64,000 nucleotides of DNA from IMG/VR virus record IMGVR_UViG_3300050581_000016, positions 1 to 64,000 of that record; one strand, 5' to 3'. A program made the translations under genes and the position numbers. The number at the start of each line of letters is the position of its first letter. Position 1 is the stretch's first letter. This DNA comes from a virus. Its lineage: Duplodnaviria > Caudoviricetes. The notes beneath the pieces are model-generated. The model ran no database searches. It was given only the letters and a program-made list of their open reading frames with translations, and was not told where the DNA came from. Positions 18,587 to 27,703 of the stretch are shown piece by piece.

Positions 18587-18677
18587 AACCCTTACTGATG
18601 GCCGATTTGAGCGTCAGTGCATTAAGAATCTGATTGGGTGTCAATACACACAATCCCGCCTCGGTGCGCTCTAAACG
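18587..18677 (+). repeat. Copy 1 of a two-copy upstream element (31 bp identical to 49017-49047)
   Basis: AACCCTTACTGATGGCCGATTTGAGCGTCAG and GTGCGCTCTAAACG both recur at 49017-49108 with the same spacing (77 vs 78 bp). Confidence 0.85.
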
Positions 18678-18718
18678 CAAATTAGGGGCCTTCGTGGCGA
18701 AGGGCCGTTTTCGGCGTT

Positions 18719-18733
18719 TGGCACGGAACTTGC
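18719..18733 (+). promoter_or_regulatory. sigma54-type -24/-12 promoter
   Basis: TGGCAC-GGAAC-TTGC matches TGGCACG-N4-TTGC; a weaker TGGCAT-N5-TTGT lies at 18748-18762. Confidence 0.65.
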
Positions 18734-18769
18734 CCTGCCAAAAATCTTGGCATGAAAATTGTTTGAAAA

Positions 18770-18825
18770 TAAGTCATTACTTAGTGCATTTTTCTGTTGA
18801 CAGATAAGTAATTACTTAGTATTCT
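18770..18825 (+). promoter_or_regulatory. sigma70 promoter TTGACA-17-TATTCT with two 14-bp operator variants
   Basis: -35 18797-18802, -10 18820-18825; TAAGTCATTACTTA 18770-18783 and TAAGTAATTACTTA 18805-18818. Confidence 0.75.
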
Positions 18826-18869
18826 GTTGTTGACGGTTAGGGAACAAACCAACAACGACGGAGGCTACG

Positions 18870-19973
18870 ATGAAAGATGCGAACTTCTTTGGCAAGGTTG
18901 AGTGCAGGATTTGTGGAGCGAAGGCGCACTTCTTGGAGATGCACCTGACAGAAGTTCACGGCATGACCGCTGCCGACTACCTCAAGACCTACCCTGACGC
19001 CAAGGTGCTCAGCGAGGCCGCCGAGCACAAGCTGTCCCAGATCGCCAGCGACACCAGGAACCAGAAAGTGGTCGTGAAGCTGAAAGACCTCTTTGGCGCG
19101 AACCCGTTTGGCAATCCCGATAGGGCGACCATCGAAGCCTTCAAGGCGCCCCGACCGAACACCCCGAAGACCGACCCCAACTACTACTTCAACCCCGAAA
19201 TCCTGGCGGTTGTTTTGTACGCCATTCAGAACCAGAACATGAAGCTCCTGCTGGTAGGCCCGACCGGATCGGGCAAGACCAGCATCGCCGAACAGGTCGC
19301 GGCACGCCTCAACAGGGGCTTCTACAGGATCAACTTTGACGGCGACATTACGAGGGCCGACCTGGTCGGGCAATGGGTTCTGACCGTCAAGAACGAGATG
19401 CACTTCCAGTACGGCATACTGCCGAAGGCCATGAGGGAAGGAGCCGTCCTGGTGCTTGACGAGTGGGATTGCGTGAACCCCTCGGTGGGCATGGTGCTGC
19501 AATCCATGATCGAGGGCAAGCCTCTGACCATCACCGAGACGGGCGAGGTCATTGAGCCGCACCCCGACTTTCGGCTGATCGCTACGGCGAACACGGTGGG
19601 ACAGGGCGACGACACCGGCCTCTACAACGGGACTCAGCCCCAGAACTTTGCGACCCTCGACCGCTTTACGGTGGTTGAGCACGTTGACTATCCGACCCAG
19701 GCCAAGGAAAAGAAAATCCTGACCCAGACCACGGGCATCACAGACGACGACGTGCTGGACAAGCTGACCCGCACCGCGAAGCTGATCCGCGAAGCGTTTG
19801 TGAAGCAGGAAATCAGGGCGACCATGAGCACGCGGACGGTGGTGAACGCGGCCAGACTGATGCTTGATTGGGGTTCCCCGAAGCGGGCCTACACGTTGGG
19901 CTTCCTGAACAAGCTGACCACTGAGGATCAGAACGTGTGCCTGGAAGTCATCCAGCGAATCTGGGGCATCTAA
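18870..19973 (+). CDS. CobS/MoxR-like AAA+ ATPase with N-terminal C2H2 zinc finger
   Basis: CRIC...H...H finger, Walker A GPTGSGKT, Walker B LVLDEWD, ATLDRF, STR. Confidence 0.9.
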   Translation: MKDANFFGKVECRICGAKAHFLEMHLTEVHGMTAADYLKTYPDAKVLSEAAEHKLSQIASDTRNQKVVVKLKDLFGANPFGNPDRATIEAFKAPRPNTPKTDPNYYFNPEILAVVLYAIQNQNMKLLLVGPTGSGKTSIAEQVAARLNRGFYRINFDGDITRADLVGQWVLTVKNEMHFQYGILPKAMREGAVLVLDEWDCVNPSVGMVLQSMIEGKPLTITETGEVIEPHPDFRLIATANTVGQGDDTGLYNGTQPQNFATLDRFTVVEHVDYPTQAKEKKILTQTTGITDDDVLDKLTRTAKLIREAFVKQEIRATMSTRTVVNAARLMLDWGSPKRAYTLGFLNKLTTEDQNVCLEVIQRIWGI

Positions 19974-20021
19974 CCTGGACGGGCGGGCGAGATGCCCGCC
20001 CTTCTTTGTGGAGGGCAAGCG

Positions 20022-20561
20022 ATGGAATACCGGGACTACGAACCGTACATCACGAAAGCGGTCAGGAATCAACGGGCGAGAGTGTATGCCCAGACCGGCC
20101 TGGTCTTGGATGAGGCCGAGCTGCTGAGTGACTTCAACATGGACTTTCTGATGGCCTCAAAGAGCTGGCAGGAGGACGGGAGTGCGACCTTCACGACCTA
20201 CCTGACACGGTGCATGTTGAACACGGTGTCGAGGCACCGGAGGTCGGCCATCGAGCGGCTGGCGTCAACGGCAGACGTTGACCTTGAGCTGCTGCCAGAC
20301 TCCCAGGCGCATCTTGAGCCGTTTGCCCTGGTTGCCGTGCGCGAGGCCGTTGACGTCATGGGCGGGCAGACCCGGAGAGTGCTTGAGTCTCTGGTTGCGC
20401 CTCCCAGCCTGAGCTGTCAGTTGAAGGGCGGCAACCGGAAGGATTGGGCGAAGTGGGAGGTCGAAGCGCTCACCGGCATGACCACTGACGCGGTCGGATA
20501 CCGCATCAAGAAGGCCAAAAAAAAGTTGAGAAACTCATTGAATTTTGCTTGCAATCAGTAA
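20022..20561 (+). CDS. sigma70-like (region 2 / region 4) phage transcription factor
   Basis: ATFTTYLTRCMLNTV resembles sigma region 2; C-terminal EVEALTGMTTDAVGYRIKKAKKKL resembles region 4 HTH. Confidence 0.6.
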   Translation: MEYRDYEPYITKAVRNQRARVYAQTGLVLDEAELLSDFNMDFLMASKSWQEDGSATFTTYLTRCMLNTVSRHRRSAIERLASTADVDLELLPDSQAHLEPFALVAVREAVDVMGGQTRRVLESLVAPPSLSCQLKGGNRKDWAKWEVEALTGMTTDAVGYRIKKAKKKLRNSLNFACNQ

Positions 20562-20577
20562 GTGCTTATTGTATTCT
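20549..20577 (+). promoter_or_regulatory. sigma70 promoter TTGCAA-17-TATTCT with operator TAAGTGCTTA (20559-20568)
   Basis: Exact spacing; operator overlaps stop codon of the sigma-like gene. Confidence 0.75.
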
Positions 20578-20623
20578 GAAATTGTAAGACGGCGGAAACA
20601 AACCTAAAACGACGGAGGCTACG

Positions 20624-21178
20624 ATGGAAGCATTGAACCTGAACACGATGGCTGAGCTTGAGAGGGACATCGAGGCGACCCTGGCCGCGAAGATCGAGGC
20701 GGGCCGAGGATGCTTTGGAACGATACTCTTTAACGCCAATGACGACGTGACGTGCGGGGCCTGTGACCTGTTTGCGGCTTGCGAAGAGGCCCATGCCGCG
20801 AACCGGATGACGGTGCTCAAGAGCGCCGAGGCCGAGCTTGAGGCCGAAGAGGCGAAGCTGGCGGCGGTCAGCGAACCCGCACCTGAGCCGGTGGTCGAGC
20901 CGGTTGCCCAGGAGCTGGTTGACATTGACGTGAACGCCCTGAGCGGCAAGAGCCGCAAGAAGCAGTTTGATTGGGACAAGGCCATCAACGGCATCCTTGC
21001 CGCGAAGCCGACCCTTTTCAAGGAGGCCGCCGCGATTTGCAAGGACGCCCTGCTCCCTGAGTGGGCCTGGGCCGACGCTACGGCCTACGGCAACTGCAAC
21101 AAGATTCTGGGCGGGCTGGCGAAGGCTGGTGCCGTGAACTGGGCACCGAAGGGCAAGACCATCGAGTGGCTGAGATAG
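20624..21178 (+). CDS. Hypothetical early protein
   Basis: GGAGG RBS in a leader (AACGACGGAGGCTACGATG) identical to that of the cobS-like gene; C..C..C..C cluster. Confidence 0.7.
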   Translation: MEALNLNTMAELERDIEATLAAKIEAGRGCFGTILFNANDDVTCGACDLFAACEEAHAANRMTVLKSAEAELEAEEAKLAAVSEPAPEPVVEPVAQELVDIDVNALSGKSRKKQFDWDKAINGILAAKPTLFKEAAAICKDALLPEWAWADATAYGNCNKILGGLAKAGAVNWAPKGKTIEWLR

Positions 21179-21191
21179 TCAGGAGCCTGAC

Positions 21192-21530
21192 ATGACCGCG
21201 ACATTTTACAAGAACTTTGCGATCAAGTGGGGAACGAACTGCACGAAGTGCGGGAGGCGCCTCGATGAAGGCGCCTCTGCCTGGGGATACAAGGACGGAG
21301 CGCTTGGGAAGTGGCGCTTCATCTGTGGCCACTGTTACTGGACGGAGACTATGACGTTCCCCGATCAGCCGGGGGAGGTTGAGGAGAAGGTCAGCGAGGA
21401 GTTTCTGAGCATGCTCCCAGACAGCGACCCCGTTGGTGTCAAACCCGAACCGCCCGCGAGCGTTAATATGGTCAAGGAAAAGCCCTTGCTTGAGCGCCTC
21501 AAGGACGAGGCGCCCTGGCGCCTGGCATAG
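21192..21530 (+). CDS. Zinc-finger protein
   Basis: CTKC and CGHC pairs; C-terminal LLERLKDEAPWR. Confidence 0.65.
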   Translation: MTATFYKNFAIKWGTNCTKCGRRLDEGASAWGYKDGALGKWRFICGHCYWTETMTFPDQPGEVEEKVSEEFLSMLPDSDPVGVKPEPPASVNMVKEKPLLERLKDEAPWRLA

Positions 21531-21538
21531 GAGGTCAA

Positions 21539-21892
21539 ATGCCAAGATGGAATCTTCAGTGGAAGGTTGACAGCAGCTCAAGCCCTGGCAAGACCTACAC
21601 GGTGTCGGAGGCTTTTGACGGGACATGGGCCTGTTCGTGCCCTGCCTGGACGCGCATGCGGAAAGAGTGCAAACACATCAAGCTGGTCAAGATGCGGCTT
21701 GCGACGGGAATCACCGACAAGGCCATAGTTCTGATAACGGAGAACGGCCATCCGGCCGCGCCTGACGTCATTGGCGCGGCCATCAATGAGGCCATAATGA
21801 ACAGAGAAGCCGAGAAGGTCGAGGAGCCCCCGAGGCAACTGAGCCTTCTTGAGCGGCTGGCGATTGAGGCTCCCTGGAGGATGAAACGATGA
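21539..21892 (+). CDS. SWIM zinc-finger protein
   Basis: WACSCPAW...CKHI SWIM signature; C-terminal LLERLAIEAPWR. Confidence 0.75.
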   Translation: MPRWNLQWKVDSSSSPGKTYTVSEAFDGTWACSCPAWTRMRKECKHIKLVKMRLATGITDKAIVLITENGHPAAPDVIGAAINEAIMNREAEKVEEPPRQLSLLERLAIEAPWRMKR

Positions 21893-24800
21893 TCCATCTT
21901 CACGCCCATTCTCACTACAGCGTGCTTGACGGCCTGGGAACCGTTGACGAGATCATCGAGCGGTGCAAAGCCATCAAGGCGCCTGCCGTGGCGATCACCG
22001 ACCACGGAAGTATCAGCGTCCTGCCCGACCTGTTCAAGAAGGCCAAGGCGGCGGGCGTCAAGCCGATCATCGGGTGCGAGTTCTACCTGACCGACAAGGC
22101 CGAGGGAGAGAAGGCCGAGCGCCGCTATCACCTGACGGTGCTGGCCAAGACCTGGGCGGGCACCCAGAGCATCATCAAGGCCCTGACCCTGGCCAACACC
22201 CAGTTCTACTACCGACCGCGACTCACCATCGAGCAGGCCCTGACGGCCTTCAGCGAGTGCGTGGTGATGAGCGCCTGCACCAGCGGCATCTTGATTAGGG
22301 ACGACTACGCCGACCTCTACGACCGATTCAAGGCGGCCTACGGCGAGGACTTCTACCTTGAGGTGATGCCGCACGCCTTCCTTGACGAGGGCGCCAACCA
22401 TCAGGCCATCGTGAACACGAGGGCGCTGGGCCTCTGGCAGCACAAGAAGGCGAAGGTGGTCGCAACCAACGACGCGCACTACGTCAACCCGGACGACGCC
22501 TACCCTCACGAAGTCCTGCTGGCCATCCAGAGCGGCAAGACCTGGGACGACCCGAAGCGCTGGAGGTTCAACTGCGACGGCCTGCACATGAGGGACGTCG
22601 AGGAAATGGTGGCGGCCTTCGGGAAGAACTGCCCGTATCTGCCCCTTGACTTCGTGAAGGCGGCCATGCTGACAACCCTTGAGGTTGCCCAGAAGTGCAA
22701 CGTCGAGCTGCCCGCCTTCCCGATCCACCTTCCCAAGGTGTCGGCAGAGGACGACAACAAGATGTTCGCAAAGCTCCTGGCCGATGGCTGGGAGGCGAAG
22801 CTGGCGCCGCACGGCGAGGAGCTTGACCTCGACGTTTACCGGAAGCGCCTGGTCTACGAGATCGGCGTCATCAACAAGCTCAAGTTCACGAGGTACTTCC
22901 TGATCGTCCAAGACATCATCCGGTGGGCGCGCGAGCAGGGAATAGCGGTCGGGCCTGGGCGCGGGTCGGCTGCCGGATCGCTGGTCTGCTACTTGCTCGA
23001 CATCACCCAGCTCGACCCGATTGTCCACAAGCTCTACTTTGAGCGGTTCTTGAACCCTGAGCGTCTGGACTACCCGGACATCGACGTGGACTTTGGCGAC
23101 GACAGGCGGCAGGAGGTCTTTGACTACATCAGGGGCAAGTACGGGCACGACAAGACGGCTAACATCAACACCTTCGGGGTGCTGACCGTCAAGAGCGCCT
23201 TCAGGGATGTCGCCAGGGTGTTCGGCGTGAATATCCTGACCGTCAACGCCCTGAGCAAGCTGATCGACGACGAGGTATCCTTTGAGAAGGTTCCAGAGCT
23301 TGGGCGATTCGCCAAGTCAGAGGTCGGCGCCAAGGTTGTTGACCTCTCAAAGAAGCTCAGCGGGCGCATCCGACAGAACGGGGTGCATGCCGCTGGGATC
23401 GTGTTGAGCGACCGGCCCCTCACCGAGGTCGCCGTGATCGAGCACCGCAAGGACGCTGACGTTATCAACTGGGACATGAAGAACTGCGAGGTCTTTGGCC
23501 TCATCAAGATCGACGTGCTGGGCCTGAGCACCTTGAGCATCATGGACATGGCGGCCAAGCTGGTGAAGCGTGACCTTGGCGAGGACATCGACTTCGTGGG
23601 CATCCCGCTGGACGACGAAAAGGCGATGGACGCCTTCTCCAAGGGAGACACGCTGGGCGTGTTCCAGTTTGAAGGAAACGGCCTCCAGGGGCTGCTGAAG
23701 GGCCTTCAAGCCCACGATTTCGAGGCCATAACGGCTGCGACCGCCCTGTTCCGGCCTGGGCCTTTGAATGCGGGCCTGTGCGAGCAGTACCTCCGCATCT
23801 CCAAGGGCGATGAGCGGGAGTGGTATGACCACGAGCTGCTCAAGCCGATCCTGAGCGACACCAAGGGCGTCGTGGTCTACCAGGAGCAGGTCATGCGAAT
23901 CTTTGTTGACCTGGCGGGATTTACCTACCCCGAAGCAGACAAGATGAGGAAGATCATAGGCAAGAAGCTGGGCAAGGACGAGTTCGAGAAGCACCGGGAT
24001 CACTTCGTCAAGGGCGCCGAGGCCAAGGGCATCGACCCACGGCTGGCAGACGGCATCTTCACGAAGCTGGTCGAGTTTGCCGGATACGGCTTCAATCGCT
24101 GTATAGCGCATGACGAGAAGCTGTTCAGGTTGAGTCGATGCGACAGTAAGAGCGAGCCGCTAAGCATAGGAGAGATGTATCGCATAAAGAACAATTTGGC
24201 ATATGCCAAGGCAACAGGGCATGAGGCGCTTCGTAAGAAGTATATGAGGCTTGGGTACGGTTATGCTCTTTCAATGAATGACGAGGGGCGTCTGGTCAAA
24301 AACAAGATCGTTGACATTTATCCATCTGGAGTGATGCCGGTCTATCGCTTGACCACTGAAGGAGGCGTGACGTTTAAATGTACCATGAATCATTCGATTC
24401 CAACGACAGACGGCAAGAAGCTGCTTTCAGATATAGTTCCTGGTGACGCAGTATATGTGTCTAGTGGATACGAACATGTGAGATTCAATGAGTGCTTCTA
24501 CAATAAAGACGAAACGCCTCTAGTCAACTCCGAGCTTGGCAAAATGGGCTTTCAAGAGCGAATGCTTGGTAATTCTGTACTTTATAATACGATAAGAGAG
24601 CAAAAGATTGCTTTGCTGGGGCAATGCGAGGAGTGCGGTGGCGCCCCATCCAGGTTTGAACTGCATCATGTTGGGCTTGACAGGTCGAAGAATGGTTATG
24701 ACGATCTGCGACTGTTGTGTCCGTCCTGTCATAAGATAAAGCACTATGAGGCTGGACGTACCAAGGCTTTTGAGAAGGGCTATCCAACAGTGACCGACAC

Positions 24801-25953
24801 GGTGGCTGTCGTCGAGTATGTCGGTGAGGAAGAGTGTTTTGATGTGGAAATGACGGCGCCAAACCACAACTTTCTTACCGGAGGCGGGCTTGTGGTCTGC
24901 AACTCCCACGCATGTGCCTACTCCATGATAAGCCTCTGGACTCAATACCTCAAGACCCACTATCCGCTTCAGTTTATGGCGGGCAGCATGACATACACCG
25001 ACAAGAAAGAGCGCCTGCGACTTCTGGTCAGGGAGTGCGGGCGCCTGGGCATCGAGGTTAAACAGCCCGACATAAACAGGTCAACCAACGTCTTTGAAGT
25101 GGATGTGGCCGAGAATGCCATCACGGCGCCACTGAACCTGATAAAGGGCGTCGGCGGCGCGGCGGTAAAGGCGATTCTCAAGGCCCGCGAGGAACGGTGC
25201 TTCATCAGCATGGACGATTTCAGCGACCGGATCAACAAGCGGGCCTGTCATAAGGGCATCGTGGAAACTCTGACCAAGGCCGGGGCCTTCGAGAGCTTGG
25301 GCATCGGCGAGCGTGACCCAGAGCAGCGCATCAAGAACTTCGCCGAACTCATGCCGATCTTCAGCCTGCTTCCCAGCCTGACTCTGGGCGGCAGGATGAT
25401 GAAGGAAGAGATCGAGGCGATTCAGGGCCTGGTGATAGAGATGGACGAATGCAGGGCGGCAAACCTCCCGAAGCGCAACCTGATCCCACCGGCATTCAAC
25501 AGTAAGGGACAGATCATGGTGGTCAACAACCCTGTGAAGCACGAAACCAAGCACTTCCAGAGCGACGGCAGCAAGCACTTTCTCAAGACCATGAGGGGCC
25601 TGGGCTTCACCGAGGGAAACTTCTATTACACCTCCCCGATCAAGTGCAAGCACCTCAACTACGGCAAGGCCGACGCGGCCTGCCAGGATCGCTGCCTGGA
25701 GTTCCTGAAGCGCGAGATCGAGCTGGTCAAGCCCAAGCTCATTATCTGCTTTGCGAGCAGCATGACCGGCTTCTTCACGGGAGACCCCAAGGCCCAGGCG
25801 AGCACGCTTCGAGGTCAGGCCGTCTACAACAAGACCCTGGACACCTACATCGTCTTCAGCCCGTCACCCCAGTACGCCTACTATCAGGAGGGCGGTCAGG
25901 CGGCCTTCAAGGAGTCAATGGAGCTGGTCAGAAATATTTTTGCTGACAGCTAA
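21889..25953 (+). CDS. dnaE: DNA polymerase III alpha subunit (family C) with intein and C-terminal UDG-like domain
   Basis: PHP HLHAHSHYSVLDG, GRGSAAGS, YPDIDVDF, KIDVLGL, GYGFNR|SHACAY split by an intein. Confidence 0.95.
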   Translation: MIHLHAHSHYSVLDGLGTVDEIIERCKAIKAPAVAITDHGSISVLPDLFKKAKAAGVKPIIGCEFYLTDKAEGEKAERRYHLTVLAKTWAGTQSIIKALTLANTQFYYRPRLTIEQALTAFSECVVMSACTSGILIRDDYADLYDRFKAAYGEDFYLEVMPHAFLDEGANHQAIVNTRALGLWQHKKAKVVATNDAHYVNPDDAYPHEVLLAIQSGKTWDDPKRWRFNCDGLHMRDVEEMVAAFGKNCPYLPLDFVKAAMLTTLEVAQKCNVELPAFPIHLPKVSAEDDNKMFAKLLADGWEAKLAPHGEELDLDVYRKRLVYEIGVINKLKFTRYFLIVQDIIRWAREQGIAVGPGRGSAAGSLVCYLLDITQLDPIVHKLYFERFLNPERLDYPDIDVDFGDDRRQEVFDYIRGKYGHDKTANINTFGVLTVKSAFRDVARVFGVNILTVNALSKLIDDEVSFEKVPELGRFAKSEVGAKVVDLSKKLSGRIRQNGVHAAGIVLSDRPLTEVAVIEHRKDADVINWDMKNCEVFGLIKIDVLGLSTLSIMDMAAKLVKRDLGEDIDFVGIPLDDEKAMDAFSKGDTLGVFQFEGNGLQGLLKGLQAHDFEAITAATALFRPGPLNAGLCEQYLRISKGDEREWYDHELLKPILSDTKGVVVYQEQVMRIFVDLAGFTYPEADKMRKIIGKKLGKDEFEKHRDHFVKGAEAKGIDPRLADGIFTKLVEFAGYGFNRCIAHDEKLFRLSRCDSKSEPLSIGEMYRIKNNLAYAKATGHEALRKKYMRLGYGYALSMNDEGRLVKNKIVDIYPSGVMPVYRLTTEGGVTFKCTMNHSIPTTDGKKLLSDIVPGDAVYVSSGYEHVRFNECFYNKDETPLVNSELGKMGFQERMLGNSVLYNTIREQKIALLGQCEECGGAPSRFELHHVGLDRSKNGYDDLRLLCPSCHKIKHYEAGRTKAFEKGYPTVTDTVAVVEYVGEEECFDVEMTAPNHNFLTGGGLVVCNSHACAYSMISLWTQYLKTHYPLQFMAGSMTYTDKKERLRLLVRECGRLGIEVKQPDINRSTNVFEVDVAENAITAPLNLIKGVGGAAVKAILKAREERCFISMDDFSDRINKRACHKGIVETLTKAGAFESLGIGERDPEQRIKNFAELMPIFSLLPSLTLGGRMMKEEIEAIQGLVIEMDECRAANLPKRNLIPPAFNSKGQIMVVNNPVKHETKHFQSDGSKHFLKTMRGLGFTEGNFYYTSPIKCKHLNYGKADAACQDRCLEFLKREIELVKPKLIICFASSMTGFFTGDPKAQASTLRGQAVYNKTLDTYIVFSPSPQYAYYQEGGQAAFKESMELVRNIFADS
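24100..24903 (+). mobile_element. 268-aa intein with HNH endonuclease domain in DnaE
   Basis: Starts CIAHDEKL, block B KCTMNH, ends LVVCN followed by Ser; internal CEEC...ELHH...N...LCPSCHKIKH; lower GC than flanks. Confidence 0.9.
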
Positions 25954-25960
25954 TTTTTCC

Positions 25961-25989
25961 TTGCAATCAGTAAGCGCTTAGTATATTCT
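25961..25989 (+). promoter_or_regulatory. sigma70 promoter TTGCAA-17-TATTCT with operator TAAGCGCTTA (25971-25980)
   Basis: Exact spacing; followed by ACGGTTAG leader. Confidence 0.75.
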
Positions 25990-26048
25990 GGAGTTAACGG
26001 TTAGGGGCACAAGGCGCAACGAACAACCAACTACGAAAAGGAACGACG

Positions 26049-26261
26049 ATGAGGACACTGACCAAGCAGGCAAGGGCAAAGATCAGACGGCGCATCTGGT
26101 TGCTGGAATGCTGGACGAACAGCGCGAACAGCTACCTGAGCGGGGCCTTCACGGTTGATTCGGCAAAGGGAAGCCTGGACAGGATCGAGCGCTACCAGAA
26201 GGCGCATCGGGTGCTGACCAGAAGGTTGGACGCGGACACCAAGAATCGAAGGAGGAAGTAA
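26049..26261 (+). CDS. Small basic hypothetical protein
   Basis: First ORF after promoter; AAGGA RBS. Confidence 0.55.
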   Translation: MRTLTKQARAKIRRRIWLLECWTNSANSYLSGAFTVDSAKGSLDRIERYQKAHRVLTRRLDADTKNRRRK

Positions 26262-26681
26262 GTGGCGACGGCATTAAGAACCCTGGAGATTGACGCGACA
26301 GACCTCGACAACGAGCTGTCCAAGCAGGCGGCCAGCTACCTGTACGTCGCCGAGCAGGCCATCGAGGCCGAGGCGGCCTACAAAGAGTACAAGGCCAACG
26401 TGGACATCCTTGAGGCTCAGTTGAGCGCCAAGGCCCGAGAGGAGCTGGAGGCGAGGGGCAAGAAGCCGACCGAGAAGATGGTCGAGTCGGTGGTGGCCTC
26501 CAACGCCCACTTCATCGCGGCGCACAAGAAGCTCAATGAGCTGTGGGGCCAGAAGGAGGTGATGAAGGCCCAGCGGGAAGCCTGGTACATGAGGAAAGAC
26601 CTCTTGATCCAGGTGGCGATCAAGCAGCGATGCGAGATCGAGAGCATGATGAGTTCGACGGTCAAGTCAGCGGCAGTTTAG
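26262..26681 (+). CDS. UvsY-like recombination mediator (coiled coil)
   Basis: Long helical 139-aa protein with KKPTEKMVESVV segment, upstream of SSB-like and RecA genes. Confidence 0.55.
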   Translation: MATALRTLEIDATDLDNELSKQAASYLYVAEQAIEAEAAYKEYKANVDILEAQLSAKAREELEARGKKPTEKMVESVVASNAHFIAAHKKLNELWGQKEVMKAQREAWYMRKDLLIQVAIKQRCEIESMMSSTVKSAAV

Positions 26682-26725
26682 ACGGCTAAGAAAGAAACCC
26701 TAACGAACCGAAAGGATTCAAGACC

Positions 26726-27697
26726 ATGAGCGACAAAGCGTTGATGAAACCCGACGATGCCCTGCTCGATTTGTGGGCTGGCGCCAACAAGGGAGAGGAC
26801 ACCGGAGAAGATCAGGGGCCTCGCATTCCCATCCTGAAAATCAACCAGAAGGCTCACAAGAGCAAGCACGGCCTGGGAGTATGGGTGGTCGGAATGAAGC
26901 TCGACGAGGACGACAACCCCGTCGAGGAGGGCCAGAAGGTGAAGGGCCTGATCGTCCTGGCCGTCAGGAACAGGTTTTCCTACTACGACCAGGGCAACAC
27001 CCGGAACAACTGCACAAGCCCGATCTTCGCCAGCTTTCAGGATGAAGTGCGCGGGAGCAATTACGGCTACGTCTGCACCGACAAGACCTGTCCCCAGCGG
27101 AACAAGGAGGGTAATCCCAGGTGCAAGGCCCAGAAGGTGGTCTTCGCATCGGCCATCACCGAAGCCAATGAGTTCGTGGATTGCGTGGCCTACCTCCAGG
27201 GCGCGAACTACATGCCGTTCAGCACCTACATCAAGGAGGCCAAGCAGATCAGAACCAAGGGCGGCTTCGTTGAGGCCCCGTCCTACGGGTTTATCACCCT
27301 GGTCGGCAGCGAGAAAAAGAAGAACGGCGCCGTGATTTACTATGAGGGCGTTTTCAAACGGGGCTCCCTGCTCGACAAGGCCAAGTACGAGCACTTCTCC
27401 AAAAAGCATGAGGAGGCGCTGCACTACATCGAGGCCATCAACAAGGCCATGAGGAGCGCTCCCGAAGAGACTGCGGCACCGGCAGCGTCGGCCCCTCCGA
27501 CTGCGCCTCCCAAGGCGGCGCCCAAGAAGGCCGACCCCGACGTGATCGACGTTGACGCCATTGACATCAGCCATCTGGGGCCGATGACGGAAGTGCCCGA
27601 CGACATCCCTTTTGACGCCGGTTCCGACGCGGCGGCAGCGCCGGAACCCGATGACTTCGACATCGAAGCCGCTATCAACACCGCATTGAACAGCTAA
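26726..27697 (+). CDS. Putative single-stranded DNA-binding protein
   Basis: Aromatic-rich core, Ala/Pro linker and acidic tail (DIPFD...DDFDIE); recombination-operon context. Confidence 0.55.
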   Translation: MSDKALMKPDDALLDLWAGANKGEDTGEDQGPRIPILKINQKAHKSKHGLGVWVVGMKLDEDDNPVEEGQKVKGLIVLAVRNRFSYYDQGNTRNNCTSPIFASFQDEVRGSNYGYVCTDKTCPQRNKEGNPRCKAQKVVFASAITEANEFVDCVAYLQGANYMPFSTYIKEAKQIRTKGGFVEAPSYGFITLVGSEKKKNGAVIYYEGVFKRGSLLDKAKYEHFSKKHEEALHYIEAINKAMRSAPEETAAPAASAPPTAPPKAAPKKADPDVIDVDAIDISHLGPMTEVPDDIPFDAGSDAAAAPEPDDFDIEAAINTALNS

Positions 27698-27703
27698 GAA
27701 ACA

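Noticed and set aside
16440-19973. Cobalamin biosynthesis from cobS/cobT
   Set aside because: No cobN or other cob genes; such AAA+/VWA pairs are common in phages with non-chelatase roles.
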